A DNA stretch of 64,000 bases from Eledone cirrhosa. Taxonomy: Eukaryota. The stretch spans positions 43,586,001 to 43,650,000 of the forward strand of contig OZ024757.1 of assembly GCA_964016885.1 (NCBI GenBank), written 5' to 3'. The notes below the pieces were generated by a model. The model saw only the letters and a program-made list of their open reading frames with translations, did not search any database and was not told the origin of the DNA. Both the position numbers and the translations under genes were made by a program. This document shows, one piece after another, positions 50,176 through 63,049 of this stretch; position 1 is the first letter of the stretch; each line of letters begins with the position of its first letter.

Positions 50176-50559
50176 ATATACTTTAGACAACATATCAACC
50201 TAATATATATATATTTCCTATCAAATCTGTAGCTAGACATAAAGTCAGCCTCACTACTTCATTCTGACAAGATATCAATTTATGACTAAAGATGAAGAAG
50301 ATACACGAACGTTAATGTCGTGAAATAAAGCTGATAACATCTTTGAAACTTCTAATTTGATAACAAAGAGATTATTTCTTTGGTTGTTTAGTAACAACTA
50401 ACAACACAACACATTGATTATATTTGAAGGAGGTAAGTTGACAAAGATTTACTTAATGTCTTTATTAATGTGTGTAAATAATATAATATAATTATGTGAA
50501 CCTTTCAACGATACAGTAATTATATACATGAAAATATATATAACAACATTACCACTAAT

Positions 50560-51205
50560 AGTAAATACTATACTGTACATTAGCTAATGTAGTCCTTGAT
50601 ACACTGTATCTGATAGCCAATAATACTAACTACTGTAGATTAGATAATGTAGTCCTAGATACACCACTATGTCACACAGCCACTAATACAAACTACTGTA
50701 CTGTAGATTAGATAATGTAGTCCTAGATACACTATGTCTGAGAGCCACCAATACTAACTACTATACTGTACAGTAGATAATGTAGTCCTAGATACACTAT
50801 GTCTGAGAGCCACTAATACTAACTACTATATTGTACATTAGATAATGTAGTCCTAGATACACTATGTCTGAGAGCCACTAATACTAACTACTGTACTGTA
50901 CATTAGATAATGCAGTCCGAGATACACTATGTCTGATAGTCACTAATACTAACTACTGTACGTACATTAGATAATGTAGTCTTAGATACACTATGTCTGA
51001 TAGCTACTAATACTAACTACTGTACTGTACATTAGATAATGTAGTCCTAGATACACTATGTCTGATAGCTACTAATACTAACTACTATACTGTACACTAG
51101 ATAATGTAGTCCTAGATACACTACGTCTGATAGCCACCAATATTAACTACTGTACTGTACATTAGATAATGTAGTCCTAGACTCCCCATGTCTGATAGTC
51201 ACTAG
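50560..51205. repeat. ~65-bp minisatellite, about 10 copies
   Basis: CATTAGATAATGTAGTCCTAGATACACTATGTCTGA... recurs with a 65-bp period (e.g. 50836 and 50901). Confidence 0.92.
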
Positions 51206-51834
51206 TATATACGCAGTTCTCAGGGCGATTCAGCGAGACAAAACAAGACCGCCCGGTCTGGGATTCGAACTCACGAACCATACATTCTTAAATTACGCGC
51301 TTTCACCGCGTAAACCCGGTGTCCTCCACACAAAATACACCAGAATAATTTAACCCGGATTAATTCACGAACGAGATTTACAATAATTCGCTGAGAGTGA
51401 TCTCCCTTGGCTGATTTTAAAATCTTTTCTTCCATTAGAAATTAATTTGTTTCATGTCTGACTGAAAGACTCTGGAGTTTTTACCTGTCTTGGGTTTAAT
51501 TAATGAGGAATTTTGAGGTATTTATAACAATTATTAATTATTTCATTACTGAGATATCATTTGAAGGACTTACTAATGTTTTATTTATTAATTATTTTAT
51601 TAGTAACTTAACATGTGGTTCTTGTATAAAATTATGTTGGAAGATTTTAGGAAGATGCTATGTAGCCGGTCGCGGTAAAATAGACGCCCAGGCTATGTAG
51701 CCGGTAAGAGTGTCAGACTCCATGTGTTGCGGCCCTTTATGGTCTGAGTTAAGACAATTTAAAATCTTTTCCACCATCAATTGTTAAAAAACAAGTTAAA
51801 ATCATTTTGTCGTCCATTTGTAACGTACGTTACA

Positions 51835-52560
51835 CTTTAGTTACATACACATATACTATGTTACATACACACATCTACTGTGTTACATACACACACATCA
51901 ACTGCGTTACATACACACACATCTACTGCGTTACATACACATCTACTGTGTTACACACACATCTACTGTGTTACACACACATCTACTGTGTTACGTACAC
52001 ACACATCTTCTGTGTTACATACACACATCTACTATGTTACATACACACATCTACTGTGTTACATACACACACCTGTGTTACATACACACACATCTACTGT
52101 TACATACACACATCTTCTGTGTTACATACACACACATCTACTGAGTTACATACACACACATCTACTGTGTTACATACACACACGTCTACTGTTACATACA
52201 TACACATCTACTGTGTTACACACATCTTCTATGTTACATACACACAATCTAATGTGTTACATACACACATCTACTGAGTTACATACACACACATCTACTG
52301 TGTTACATACATACACATCTACTGTGTTACATACACACATCTACCGTGTTACACACACACATCTACTGAGTTACATACACATATACTGAGTTACATGCAA
52401 ACACACATCTACTGTGTTACATATACACATCTACTGTGTTACATACACATACATCTACTGTGTTACATACACATACATCTACTGAGTTATATACACACAC
52501 ATCTACTGTGTTACACACACATCTACTGTGATACACACACACACACATCTACTCATACAT
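51835..52560. repeat. Variable 20-28-bp minisatellite (GTTACATACACACATCTACTGT)
   Basis: Direct tandem repeats with a variable (CA)n core. Confidence 0.92.
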
Positions 52561-52982
52561 ATTCATAAATAGACACACATTATACAAATAATTATTACAT
52601 ACATACACATCTCTGTAATAATTCAGGAAGGAAGGGGCTGGTGAAACGCTATAGCAATGTGTGTGTGTTGTGTACCTTTCAGGTTTACCGGTTTCGTAGC
52701 CTATTTGAAGATTTTATTATAATTATGAACCTTATAATTCAATTAATTATGAATAATTTTGAGCTATTTATCACAATTGTTAGTTAATTACTAACATAGT
52801 AACTTACCATATGGTTGTTATATAGAATTTTGTTGGAAGACTTTAATTTAGATAGGAACCATTTCCATAGAACTAGAACTAATTTTGGCTGGGTTTCTAC
52901 CAAAAGGGTTAATGAAGAATTTTGAACAATTTACTAAAATTATTAATTATTTCATTACTAAGATAATGTGTGAATACACAAT

Positions 52983-53027
<45 letters not shown>

Positions 53028-53404
53028 AGTATATATATATATATAGTATATATATATATATAAACAGTATATATATATAGTATATATATATATATAAACA
53101 GTATATATATAGTATACAAAAGATGTAGTGGGATAGTGTGTAGTCTTAAGACAAGTCTGTCCACATAGCTGCGCTGTAACTTACACTTATTGGGACTGTG
53201 TGTTGGCAAGCAGGCCTGTATTTTGGGATCTAGCTGGTCCATTATGAGGGAGGTCTGGTTAGTTGGCAGCACCATGCCTTACTTGTGGTATATGTATGTA
53301 TAGAAATAAGTTATTGTATATGCATAACTGTCCATCTATATGTATACATGTATGTTTACGTATATCTTTGCATACATATATACATTTTCAGATGTATACA
53401 CGTA

Positions 53405-55325
53405 ATGGTCACCCGGATAGTAAACCAAGTGATACAGAATGGGGTTGTTCTGAAGGACTGGCGTAGCAGCATCATCATTAACTGTTACAAGGGTAAAGGA
53501 GATGCCCTAGATAGGAGTAACTATAGAGGCATTAAATTAATCGACCAGGTCATGAAGGTCACGGAAAAAGTAATAGCGCAACTAATCAGAGAGAGAATTG
53601 ATCTAGATGAAATGCAGTTCGGGTTTGTGTCAGGTAAAAGTACCACAGACGCTCTTTTCATTGTACGACAACTACAGGAGAAGTACCTAGCTAAAAGTAA
53701 ACCCCTATACTTAGCTTTTGTTGACTTGGAGAAAGCCTTCGACAGAGTCCCCCGTTCCATTATCTGGTGGGCTCTTAGAAAACTAGGTGTTGAGGAATGG
53801 CTTGTGAGAGCTATACGAGCCATGTATAAAGAAACAGTCAGCAAGGTTAGAATTAACAACGAATATAGTGAAGAGTTTAGCGTAAAAGTTGGTGTTCATC
53901 AGGGCTCCGTCTTTAGCCCCCTACTATTTATTATTGCCCTTCAGGCTATAACAGTGGAGTTCAAGACCGGCTGCCCATGGGAACTCCTATACGCAGATGA
54001 TCTAACACTCATAGCTGAATCAATGGCCGAGCTAGAGAAGAAATTCCAAACATGGAAGCAAGGCCTAGAATCAGAAGGCCTTAAAATTAACCTGGCTAAG
54101 ACTAAAGTTCTAGTTTGTAGGAAAGAAAATAAGGCGCCGGTCCCTTCCGGGAAATGGCCATGCTCAGTGTGTAGGAAAGGCGTAGGTAGAAACTCCATTT
54201 TATGTCCCAAATGCAAAGTATGGGTTCATAAAAGATGTAGTGGGATCACAGGTAAGCTAACTAAGAACATAGATTTTACATGTGGCCGGTGCTCTGGTGC
54301 AATAAGTAGCAGCAAGTGCCCACAAAATACTAGCTCTTTCAATTGCACAGAGAGTTCTATAGAAATAGTGGACAGCTTCCGTTACTTGGGTGACAAAATC
54401 AGCAGTGGGGGAGGGTGCTCTGAAAGTACAGTAGCTAGAGTCAGAACTGGATGGAAAAAGTTCAGAGAGCTTATACCACTATTAGCCGCTAAAGGGTTCT
54501 CCCTAAAAATGAAAGGCAGGTTGTATGATGCCTGCATATGAACAGCAATGTTGCATGGCAGTGAGACCTGGGCATTGTGTGCAGAGGATATACGCAGACT
54601 GGAGAGGAACGAAGCTTGCATGCTCCGCTGGATGTGTAATAGTAATATATGTGAACGGCAAAGCATAAACGAACTAAGGGAAAAATTAGAAATAAGAGGG
54701 ATCAGATGTTGTGTACTCGAGAGAAGACTACGTTGGTATGGTCCACGTGATGCGCATGAAAGACGACAGCTGTATAAAAAAAATGCAGGGCAATAAAGAT
54801 AGACGGTAGCCACGGAGTAGGCAGACCCAGAAAAACCTGGGACGACTTGATAAATTCCGACCTCACACACTTACACCTCTCCAAGACAATGTCACTGGAC
54901 CGAGATCTTTGGCGGTACTTAGTAATAGAGAAGACCCGCCTTACCTAAATACAAAGTAAAACCTACTACAGTCAGTAGGCACCTCTAACAAAATACACCC
55001 CCGCCCCATCCACACCGCCCCTTTCACTGTAAAGTTATGTTGGTGCCACAACATCCAGGCCGAAACAAATGAGGTCGTGTAGGTGTCACGACAAAAAAAA
55101 AAACACACAGTCCACGCAGTAATGTGGCCGTGTAGGTAACATGGTAAAAATTTCCCAGTCCCACACTGTAAATGTGGTTGGTGTTAGGAAGGGCATCCAG
55201 CTGTAGAAAACCCGCCAGACAGTCCTATGCGAGCAAGACAACCACTCTTGCCTCAAGTGGGAAAACTCCCGTCCAAACCCATGCAAGCATGGAATATAGA
55301 CGTTAAACGATGATGATGATGATGA
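53405..55325 (+). mobile_element. RTE LINE subfamily B, 5'-truncated
   Basis: RT in ORF 53285-54541 (its N-terminal ~40 aa are microsatellite read-through), one stop, a frameshift, 3'UTR and (GAT)n tail. Confidence 0.95.
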
Positions 55326-55341
55326 TATATATATATATATA

Positions 55342-56255
55342 TTCCTTTGACATTTCTTAGAAAAAAAATGAAAAAGTTTTGTGAGAACCCCAATGTTTAT
55401 TTATTTTATTTTATTTTTAAATAAAATTAATAACATTAATTTTATAAATATTAATTATCAGCAGACCTTTGTAGCAGTCTAGGCGGCTTAGTGGGAAGTA
55501 CCAGAGATGGTGAGGTCCTTGTCTGTAGGTTCAATCGTTGCTGTAATGTGTCCTGTTAATCTTTTTTTTAACTTTCCTCAGAAAAAATGAAAATCTTTGG
55601 TGAGAACCCCAATGTCTATCTAATATAATTTAATTAATTTTATTTTATTTTACTTTAGTTAAATTGTCAAAACCACTGGTGATCTAAAGTTAGAGGAGAC
55701 AGATAAAATAGACATATTGTCTCCTCAACCTTTAGATCTTCAGTGTTTTCGACAATTTAACTAAAATAAAAAATTAAATTCAATATAATTAAATAAATAG
55801 GGGTTCTCTTTTTCAAAGAGATATAGAAAGAAAATTATAAAAGATTAACATGACACCTTACATGTATCTCATGGACCAGGATTGAACCTCAGTCCTCAAT
55901 TCAACCCTCAGACCAGGACTGAACAGGATCTCACCATCGCTGGTACTTCCCACTAAGCTACCAAGACTGACACAAAGATTTACTGTAAATTAATATTTAT
56001 AAACCTACTTTCAAAATAAAATTAATAAAATGAAATTAAATTAAAAATAAAACGAAATAAATAGACATTGGAGTTCTAAACTTTCATATATATATATATA
56101 TTCCTTTGACATTTCTTAGATAAAGAAACTGAAAAAGTTTTGTGAGAACCCCAATGTCTATTTATTTTATTTTATTTTTAAATCAAATTAATCAAATTAA
56201 ATTAAATTAAAAATAAAATGAAATAAATCGACATTGGGGTTCTAAACTTTAATAT
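55342..56255. repeat. Palindromic (foldback) repeat unit plus a short second unit
   Basis: ~330-bp imperfect arms centred on GAGGAGACA-16nt-TGTCTCCTC (55693-55726). Confidence 0.85.
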
Positions 56256-56265
56256 ATATATATAT

Positions 56266-59200
56266 ATGGTGGATAAGATAATAAACGTAAATATAGCGAA
56301 TGACAGAATAATTAAAATAAGACTTGTTCTAAGTAGAACTACGGTGACAGTAATATCTGCGTACGTGCCCCAATCCGGACTGCCCGGCACTATAAAAGAC
56401 AGATTCTATGAGACACTGATGCTCACTACCTCCCAAATAACCGACAGTGACTATATAATTATTGCTGGCGACCTAAATGGCCACGTTGGACAACATTGTG
56501 ACGGCTATGAAGAAATCCACGGAGGCTATGGGTTTGGTACTAGAAATGAGGAAGGCTCCAGAATCCTGGAATTCTGTGACGCAAATAACCTAACTATCTG
56601 TAACACTAACTTCAAAAAACGAAACAATCACTTGATCACCTATAGATCGGGGGACACACAAGCCAGGTAGATTATATCCTTACCAGGAGACGTGACAGAG
56701 TGTCTGTTGTAAACACTAAATCCCTCCCCCATGAAGAATGCAACTCCCAACATAGACTGATAATTAGCGACCTCATAGTCAGGACGAGACGTACTCGACA
56801 GCAGAAGAGGATTATCCTCAGGAGAAAAATATGGAAGCTAAAGGACCCCACAAACAGAAATAAATTTAAAAGCATATTACTTGATGCTTTCGACAGTAAG
56901 GAAGAGCATTTAGAGTCGTACAATATAGAGGAACAGTGGGAATTCCTGAAAGCAAAGCTGCTGATGGCGGCAGACAAAGTCTGTGGCTGGAGCAGACCTA
57001 TAGGCAGGAGGAGAGTAACTTGGTGGTGGAACAGTAAGGTGGAGGAGTCAATTAAGGCCAAAAAGCAGGCTTGGAAAGTATAGCGGGAAGGGGGAAGTAG
57101 AGAAAACTATCAAGTGGCCAGGAGGGAAGCTAGGAGACAAGTGTACTTCTCAAGAAGGGAAGCAGAGAAAAGAAAGTTCAAGCATGTTCTACAACGCGAG
57201 GACCAAAAACATGAGGTGTTCAGGATTGCTAGGCAATGTGTCAAGGAAAACCGTGATATTGTCGGGGAGAAGTGTGTCCTTAATGATGATGGTGTACTTG
57301 CCATCACTGACGCTGATAAGAAGGTAGCTTGGAAGTGTCACTACGAAAGGCTACTAAATGAGGAGAATAAATGGGAAAAAGACAGTCTCCCCCACATCAA
57401 CCCAATAGAGGGACCAGCAGTGTTAGTCAAAGGTAGTATAATAAGTAAGGCAATCAAAGACATGAAGACGGGTAAGGCGGCTGGGCCTTCGGAAATAGTT
57501 GCTGAAATGCTGAAAGCTTCTGGAACGGTGGGACACACCATGGTCACCCGGATAGTAAACCAAGTCATACATAATGGGGTTGTTCCGAAGGACTGGCGTA
57601 GCAGCCTCATCATTAACTGCTACAAGGGTAAAGGTGATGCCCTAGATAGGAGTAACTATAGAGCCATTAAATTAATCGACCAGGTCATGAAGGTCACAGA
57701 AAAAGTAATAGCGCAACTAATCAGAGAGAGAATTGATCTAGATGAAATGCAGTTCGGGTTTGTGTCGGGTAAAAGTACCACAGACGCTCTTTTCATTGTA
57801 CGACAACTACAGGAGAAGTACCTAGCTAAAAGTAAACCCCTATACTTAGCTTTTGTTGACTTGGAGAAAGCCTTCGACAGAGTCCCCCGTTCCATTATCT
57901 GGTGGGCTCTTAGAAAACTAGGTGTTGATGAATGGCTTGTGAGAGCTATACAAGCCATGTATAAAGAAACAGTCAGCAAGGTTAGAATTAACAACGAATA
58001 TAGTGAAGAGTTTAGCGTAAAAGTTGGTGTTCATCAGGGCTCCGTTCTTAGCCCCCTACTATTTATTATTGCCCTTCAGGCTATAACAGTGGAGTTCAAG
58101 ACCGGCTGCCCATGGGAACTCCTATACGCAGATGATCTAACGCTCATAGCTGAATCAATGGCCGAACTAGAGAAGAAATTCCAAACATGGAAGCATGGCC
58201 TAGAATCAAAAGGCCTTAAAATTAACCTGTCTAACACTAAAGTTTTAGTTTGTAGGAAGGAAAATAGGGCTCCGGTCCCATCCGGGAAATGGCCATGCTC
58301 AGTGTGTAGGAAAGGAGTAGGTAGAAACTCTATTTTATGTCCCAAATGCAAAGTATGAGTGCATAAAAGATGTAGTGGGATCACAGGTAAGCTAACTAAG
58401 AATATAGATTTTATATGTGGCCGGTGCTCTGGTGCAATAAGTAGCAGCAAGTGCCCACAGAATACTAGATCATTCCATTACACAGATGGTTCTATAGAAA
58501 TAGTGGACAGCTTCCGTTACCTGGGTGACAAAATCAGCAGTGGGGGAGGGTGCTCTGAAAGTACAGTAGCTAGAGTCAGAACTGGATGGAAAAAGTTCAG
58601 AGAGCTTATACCACTATTAGCCGCTAAAGGGTTCTCCCTAAAAATGAAAGGCAGGTTGTATGATGCCTGCATACGAACAGCAATGTTGCATGGCAGTGAG
58701 ACGTGGGCATTGTGTGCAGAGGATATACGCAGACTGGAGAGGAACGAAGCTTGCATGCTCCGCTGGATGTGTAATAGTAATATACGTGAACGGCAAAGCA
58801 TAAACGAACTGAGGGCAAAATTAGAAATAAGAGGGATCAGATGCTGTTTACTCGAGAGAAGACTACGTTGGTACGGTCACGTGATGCGCATGAAAGACGA
58901 TAGCTGTATAAAAAAGTGCTGGGCAATAAAAATAGACGGTAGCCACGGAGTAGGCAGACCCAGAAAAACCTAGGACGACTTGATAAATTCCAACCTCACA
59001 CACTTACACCTCTCCAAGACAATGTCACTGGACAGAGATCTTTGGCGCTACACAGTAATAGAGAAGATCCGCCTTACCTAAGTACAAAGTGAAACCTACT
59101 ACAGTCAGCAGGCACCTCTAACAAAATACACCCCCGTCCCACTACCCCCACCCTATCCACCACACCACCCCTTTCAGTGTAAAGTTATGTTGGTACCACA

Positions 59201-59465
59201 ACGTCCAGCCCGAGACAAATGAGGTCGTGTAGGTGTCACGACAAAAAAACACACAGTCTATGCTGTAATGTGGCCGTGTAGGTAACACGGTAAAAACCTC
59301 CCAGTTCCACACTGTAAATGTGGTTGGTGTTAGGAAGGGCATCCAGCCATAGAAAACCCGCCAGACCGTCCTATGCGAGCAAGACAACCACTCTTGCCTC
59401 AAGTGGGAAAACTCCCGTCCAAACCCATGCAAGCGTGAAATATGGACGTTAAACGATGATGATGA
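56266..59465 (+). mobile_element. Near-full-length RTE LINE subfamily B (partial AP endonuclease, RT, finger, 3'UTR)
   Basis: SAYVPQ, GDLNGHVG, YADD and SFRYLG motifs; a frameshift and a few stops; (TA)n flanks. Confidence 0.96.
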
Positions 59466-59477
59466 TATATATATATA

Positions 59478-60865
59478 TTCCTTTGACATTTCTTTAAAAA
59501 AAAAACTGAAAAAGTTTTTATTTTATTTTATTTTTAAATAAAATTAATTAAATTAGTTATATTTTGAAAGTAGGTTTATAAATATTAATTTTCAGTACAC
59601 CTTTGTAGCAGTCTTGGTGGCTTCGTGGGAAGTACCAGAGATGGTGAGATCCTTGTCTGTAAGTTCAATTCTTGCTTGGAGACATGTCTAATGTGTCCTA
59701 TTAATCTTTTTTTAATTTTTCTTTTACATCTCTTAGAAAAAAATGAAAATCTTTGGTGAGAATCCCAATGTCTATTTAACTAATATAATTTAATTAATTT
59801 AATTTAATTTAAGAGACCTTTGTAGCAGTCTTGGCAACTTAGTGGGAAGTACCAGAGATGGTGAGAACCTTGTCTGTAGGTCCAATCCTGGTCTGGGAGT
59901 TCAATCGTTGCTGGGAGACACATGTAATGTGTCCTGTTAATCTTTTTTAATTTTCCTTAGAAAAAACTGAAAATCTTTGGTGAGAACCCCAATGTCTATT
60001 TATCTAATATAATTTAATTAATTTAATTTAATTTAATTTTTACTTTAGTTAAATTGTCGAAACCACTGGTGATCTAAAGATGGAGGAGACAGATAAAATA
60101 GACATATTGTCTCCTCAACCTTTAGATCTTCAGTGTTTTCGACAATTTAACTAAAATAAAAAATTAAATTCAATATAATTAAATAAATAGGGGTTCTCTT
60201 TTTCAAAGAGATATAGAAAGAAAATTATAAAAGATTAACATGACACCTTACATGTATCTCATGGACCAGGATTGAACCTGAATCCTCAATTCAACCCTCA
60301 GACCAGGATTGAACACCCAGAACAGGATCTCACCATCTCTGGTACTTCCCACTAAGCTACCGAGACTGATACAAAGATGTACTGAAATTTAATATTTATA
60401 AACCTACTTTCAAAATAAAATTAAAAATAAAACGAAATAAATAGACATTGGGGTTCTAAACTTTAATATGTATGTGTATATATATATATATATATATATT
60501 CCTTTGACATTTCTTAGAGAAAAAAACTGAAAAAGTTTTGAGAACGCCAATGTCTATTTATTTTATTTTATTTTTAATTAAATTAGTTATATTTTGAAAG
60601 TAGGTTTATAAATATTAATTTTCAATAGACCTTTGTAGCAGTCTTGGTGGCTTAGTGGGAAGTACCAGAGATGGTGAGATCCTTGTCTGTTAGTTCAATT
60701 CTTGCTTGGAGACATGTCTAATGTGTCCTATTAATCTTTTTTTAATTTTCCTTTTACATCTCTTAGAAATAACTGAAAATCTTTGGTGAGAACCCCAATG
60801 TCTATTTATCTAATATAATTAATTTAATTTAATTTAATTTAATTTTTATTTTAGTGAAACCACTG
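59478..60865. repeat. Further copies of the palindromic foldback unit
   Basis: Same start TTCCTTTGACATTTC and same hairpin centre at 60083-60116; units separated by (TA)n. Confidence 0.85.
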
Positions 60866-60869
60866 TTGT

Positions 60870-61201
60870 ATTCAAGAGACCAGGTGGAGGGGTGGGTCTG
60901 CTAGATTCATCGTGGGTAAAGAACGGTGCTATGAACTTTTCTGGGTGGGAAATGACAATGGGCTGGGTATACACATACCACCCCACCACCCCACCGCAAA
61001 GTGGTCGTGGAGGCGCCACGGCAAAAAAGCACCCAGCCCACACTGTAAAGCTGACGTGGAGGTGCCACGGAAAAAAAAAAGCACCCAGCACTCACTGCAA
61101 ACTGGGTTGGCGTCAGGAAGGGCACCCAGCTGTAGAAACCAATCCAGAATCAGCTCCCACCCCACCCTTGCAAGCATGGAAAAGCGGACGTATGATGAAG
61201 T

Positions 61202-61203
<2 letters not shown>
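60870..61203 (+). mobile_element. RTE/SINE-type tail fragment
   Basis: AAAGCACCCAGCCCACACTGTAAAG units and CCACCCTTGCAAGCATGGAAAAGCGGACGT end. Confidence 0.75.
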
Positions 61204-61254
<51 letters not shown>

Positions 61255-61299
61255 TATATATATACACATATATATATACACACATATATATCAGTGTAC

Positions 61300-61336
<37 letters not shown>

Positions 61337-63049
61337 AATGAATATTTATTCAATTTAAAGCGCCAATTATCTATATATATAACAAGATATGAATTTTTCT
61401 AGGGATGGGGAGATTTTCAGTTTGTTTTTATATTTTCACTTCATTTTTTACTTTCTATTTAATACAGTCTTTGATCCAATATAATCCTGACAGTATTTGA
61501 ACCAGTTTACCTCATATATATGTATGCACACACAACACTCAAGTTTCGCCATCTACTGCTATTTCATTCATATTTATTGTTTAATTAACTCTGGTCTAAT
61601 TCATCAACTATTGTTAATTATATTATTACGTAGATTTCTTATAAAATCTAGTGCATATATACGTGTATATATACAGGGAGACACTGTAATAGATGTAAAG
61701 AGAGTGGGAGATAGAGTTATAGAAGTAAAGAGAGGGGGAGAACTAAGCGGTAGATAGAGTAATAGATGTAAAGAGAGGGTTAGAACGTTCAACTTGACAG
61801 TCAGTACAATGTTCAGCATGGTAGCCAGTACATATGCCAACTACCCAACCGGCCAGCCAGCCGCATATGCGGTTGACTGGCCAGTTGGGCGGTTGGTATG
61901 TGGAACGTTCAACTACGCAGTCAGTACCAAAGTTCAACATTGTAGCCAGTGCATATGCCGATCGCCGCGCCCTCTTTGCTCTATTTTAATGACCTGGAAC
62001 TAAGTAAAAAGAGTAGGAGATAACTCGACAAGAGCGGAGAGGGTGAGATTCGAACCATGTAAAGTCGTTGGCTCCTGAACTTCGTAAGCGGGGCTGCTAC
62101 TGACTGAGCAGCGCCGGCAGCAAGGCAAATCGCGCATAAAATAACGCTTATATCGACAAAAAAAAAAAAAAAATTTCATTGTTGCACTCTTGTTTGTTGT
62201 TCTTTTATTTTACGTAAACATTTCGCTGCTCTAGCCTCTTATTTCCTATTAGATTACACTTAATTCCATTAAACATTCATTCTTAGTCTCGTGGTAAACT
62301 ATTTCATCTATATTTATATCGCTGTTACAGCCTTTTATTTCTACATCTATCACCTATAGCCACTGTTACGCCGGTAGTATAAGTAGCTTTATAACAAGAA
62401 ACGATGATATAACTCCACAAAATGTCTTCTTCAGCAAGACACTTCACTTCATATTGCTCCAGTACACCGAGTTACACATAGACAGATACATACATACATA
62501 CACAGATAGAAATGAGAGGTAGATAGAGTAAAAGATTTAAAGAGAGTGTGAGAAGTACGAGTTAGATAGTGTAAAAGATTTAAAGAGAGGGTGAGAGTGT
62601 GACACACATTTATCTGTCTATCTCTCTCTATTTTAACACCGGTCGTTATAATTAGTTTTATAACACCGCTATATTACCGACATGAAAGAGGTAAATAATT
62701 ATTTCTTAAATGTTTAGAACATGTTTCTCTTGTCTTCTTAAATGTATAGAACATGTTTCTTATTTATATTCTTAACATAGCTAGGACCTTATCTCATTTA
62801 CTGGTCTCTACTTTTAGGGCTTTGCTGGTCCCATGTGCCCTCCATGAAGACACACTCGCCCCTTCTCTCTCAGTCTCCGTACTAATTACTACACATACGT
62901 ATATATATTTATTTTAAGAAACCTTAATGACAAATAATATAAAGTGTTTGTAAAGTGGGGAAGAGTAGTTTTACGGTGGGGTTGTTATATAGATATCGTT
63001 TTTGCAGTGGGGTCGTGACTGGCGTATAATAATGAGTCACTGTTGATGT

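Noticed and set aside
39890-52560. CRISPR-like or repeat-spacer arrays
   Set aside because: All arrays are head-to-tail repeats without unique spacers; eukaryotic context and no cas genes.
62033-62118. tRNA gene on the minus strand
   Set aside because: A/B-box-like motifs are present, but acceptor and anticodon stems do not close into a cloverleaf; more likely repeat-derived.
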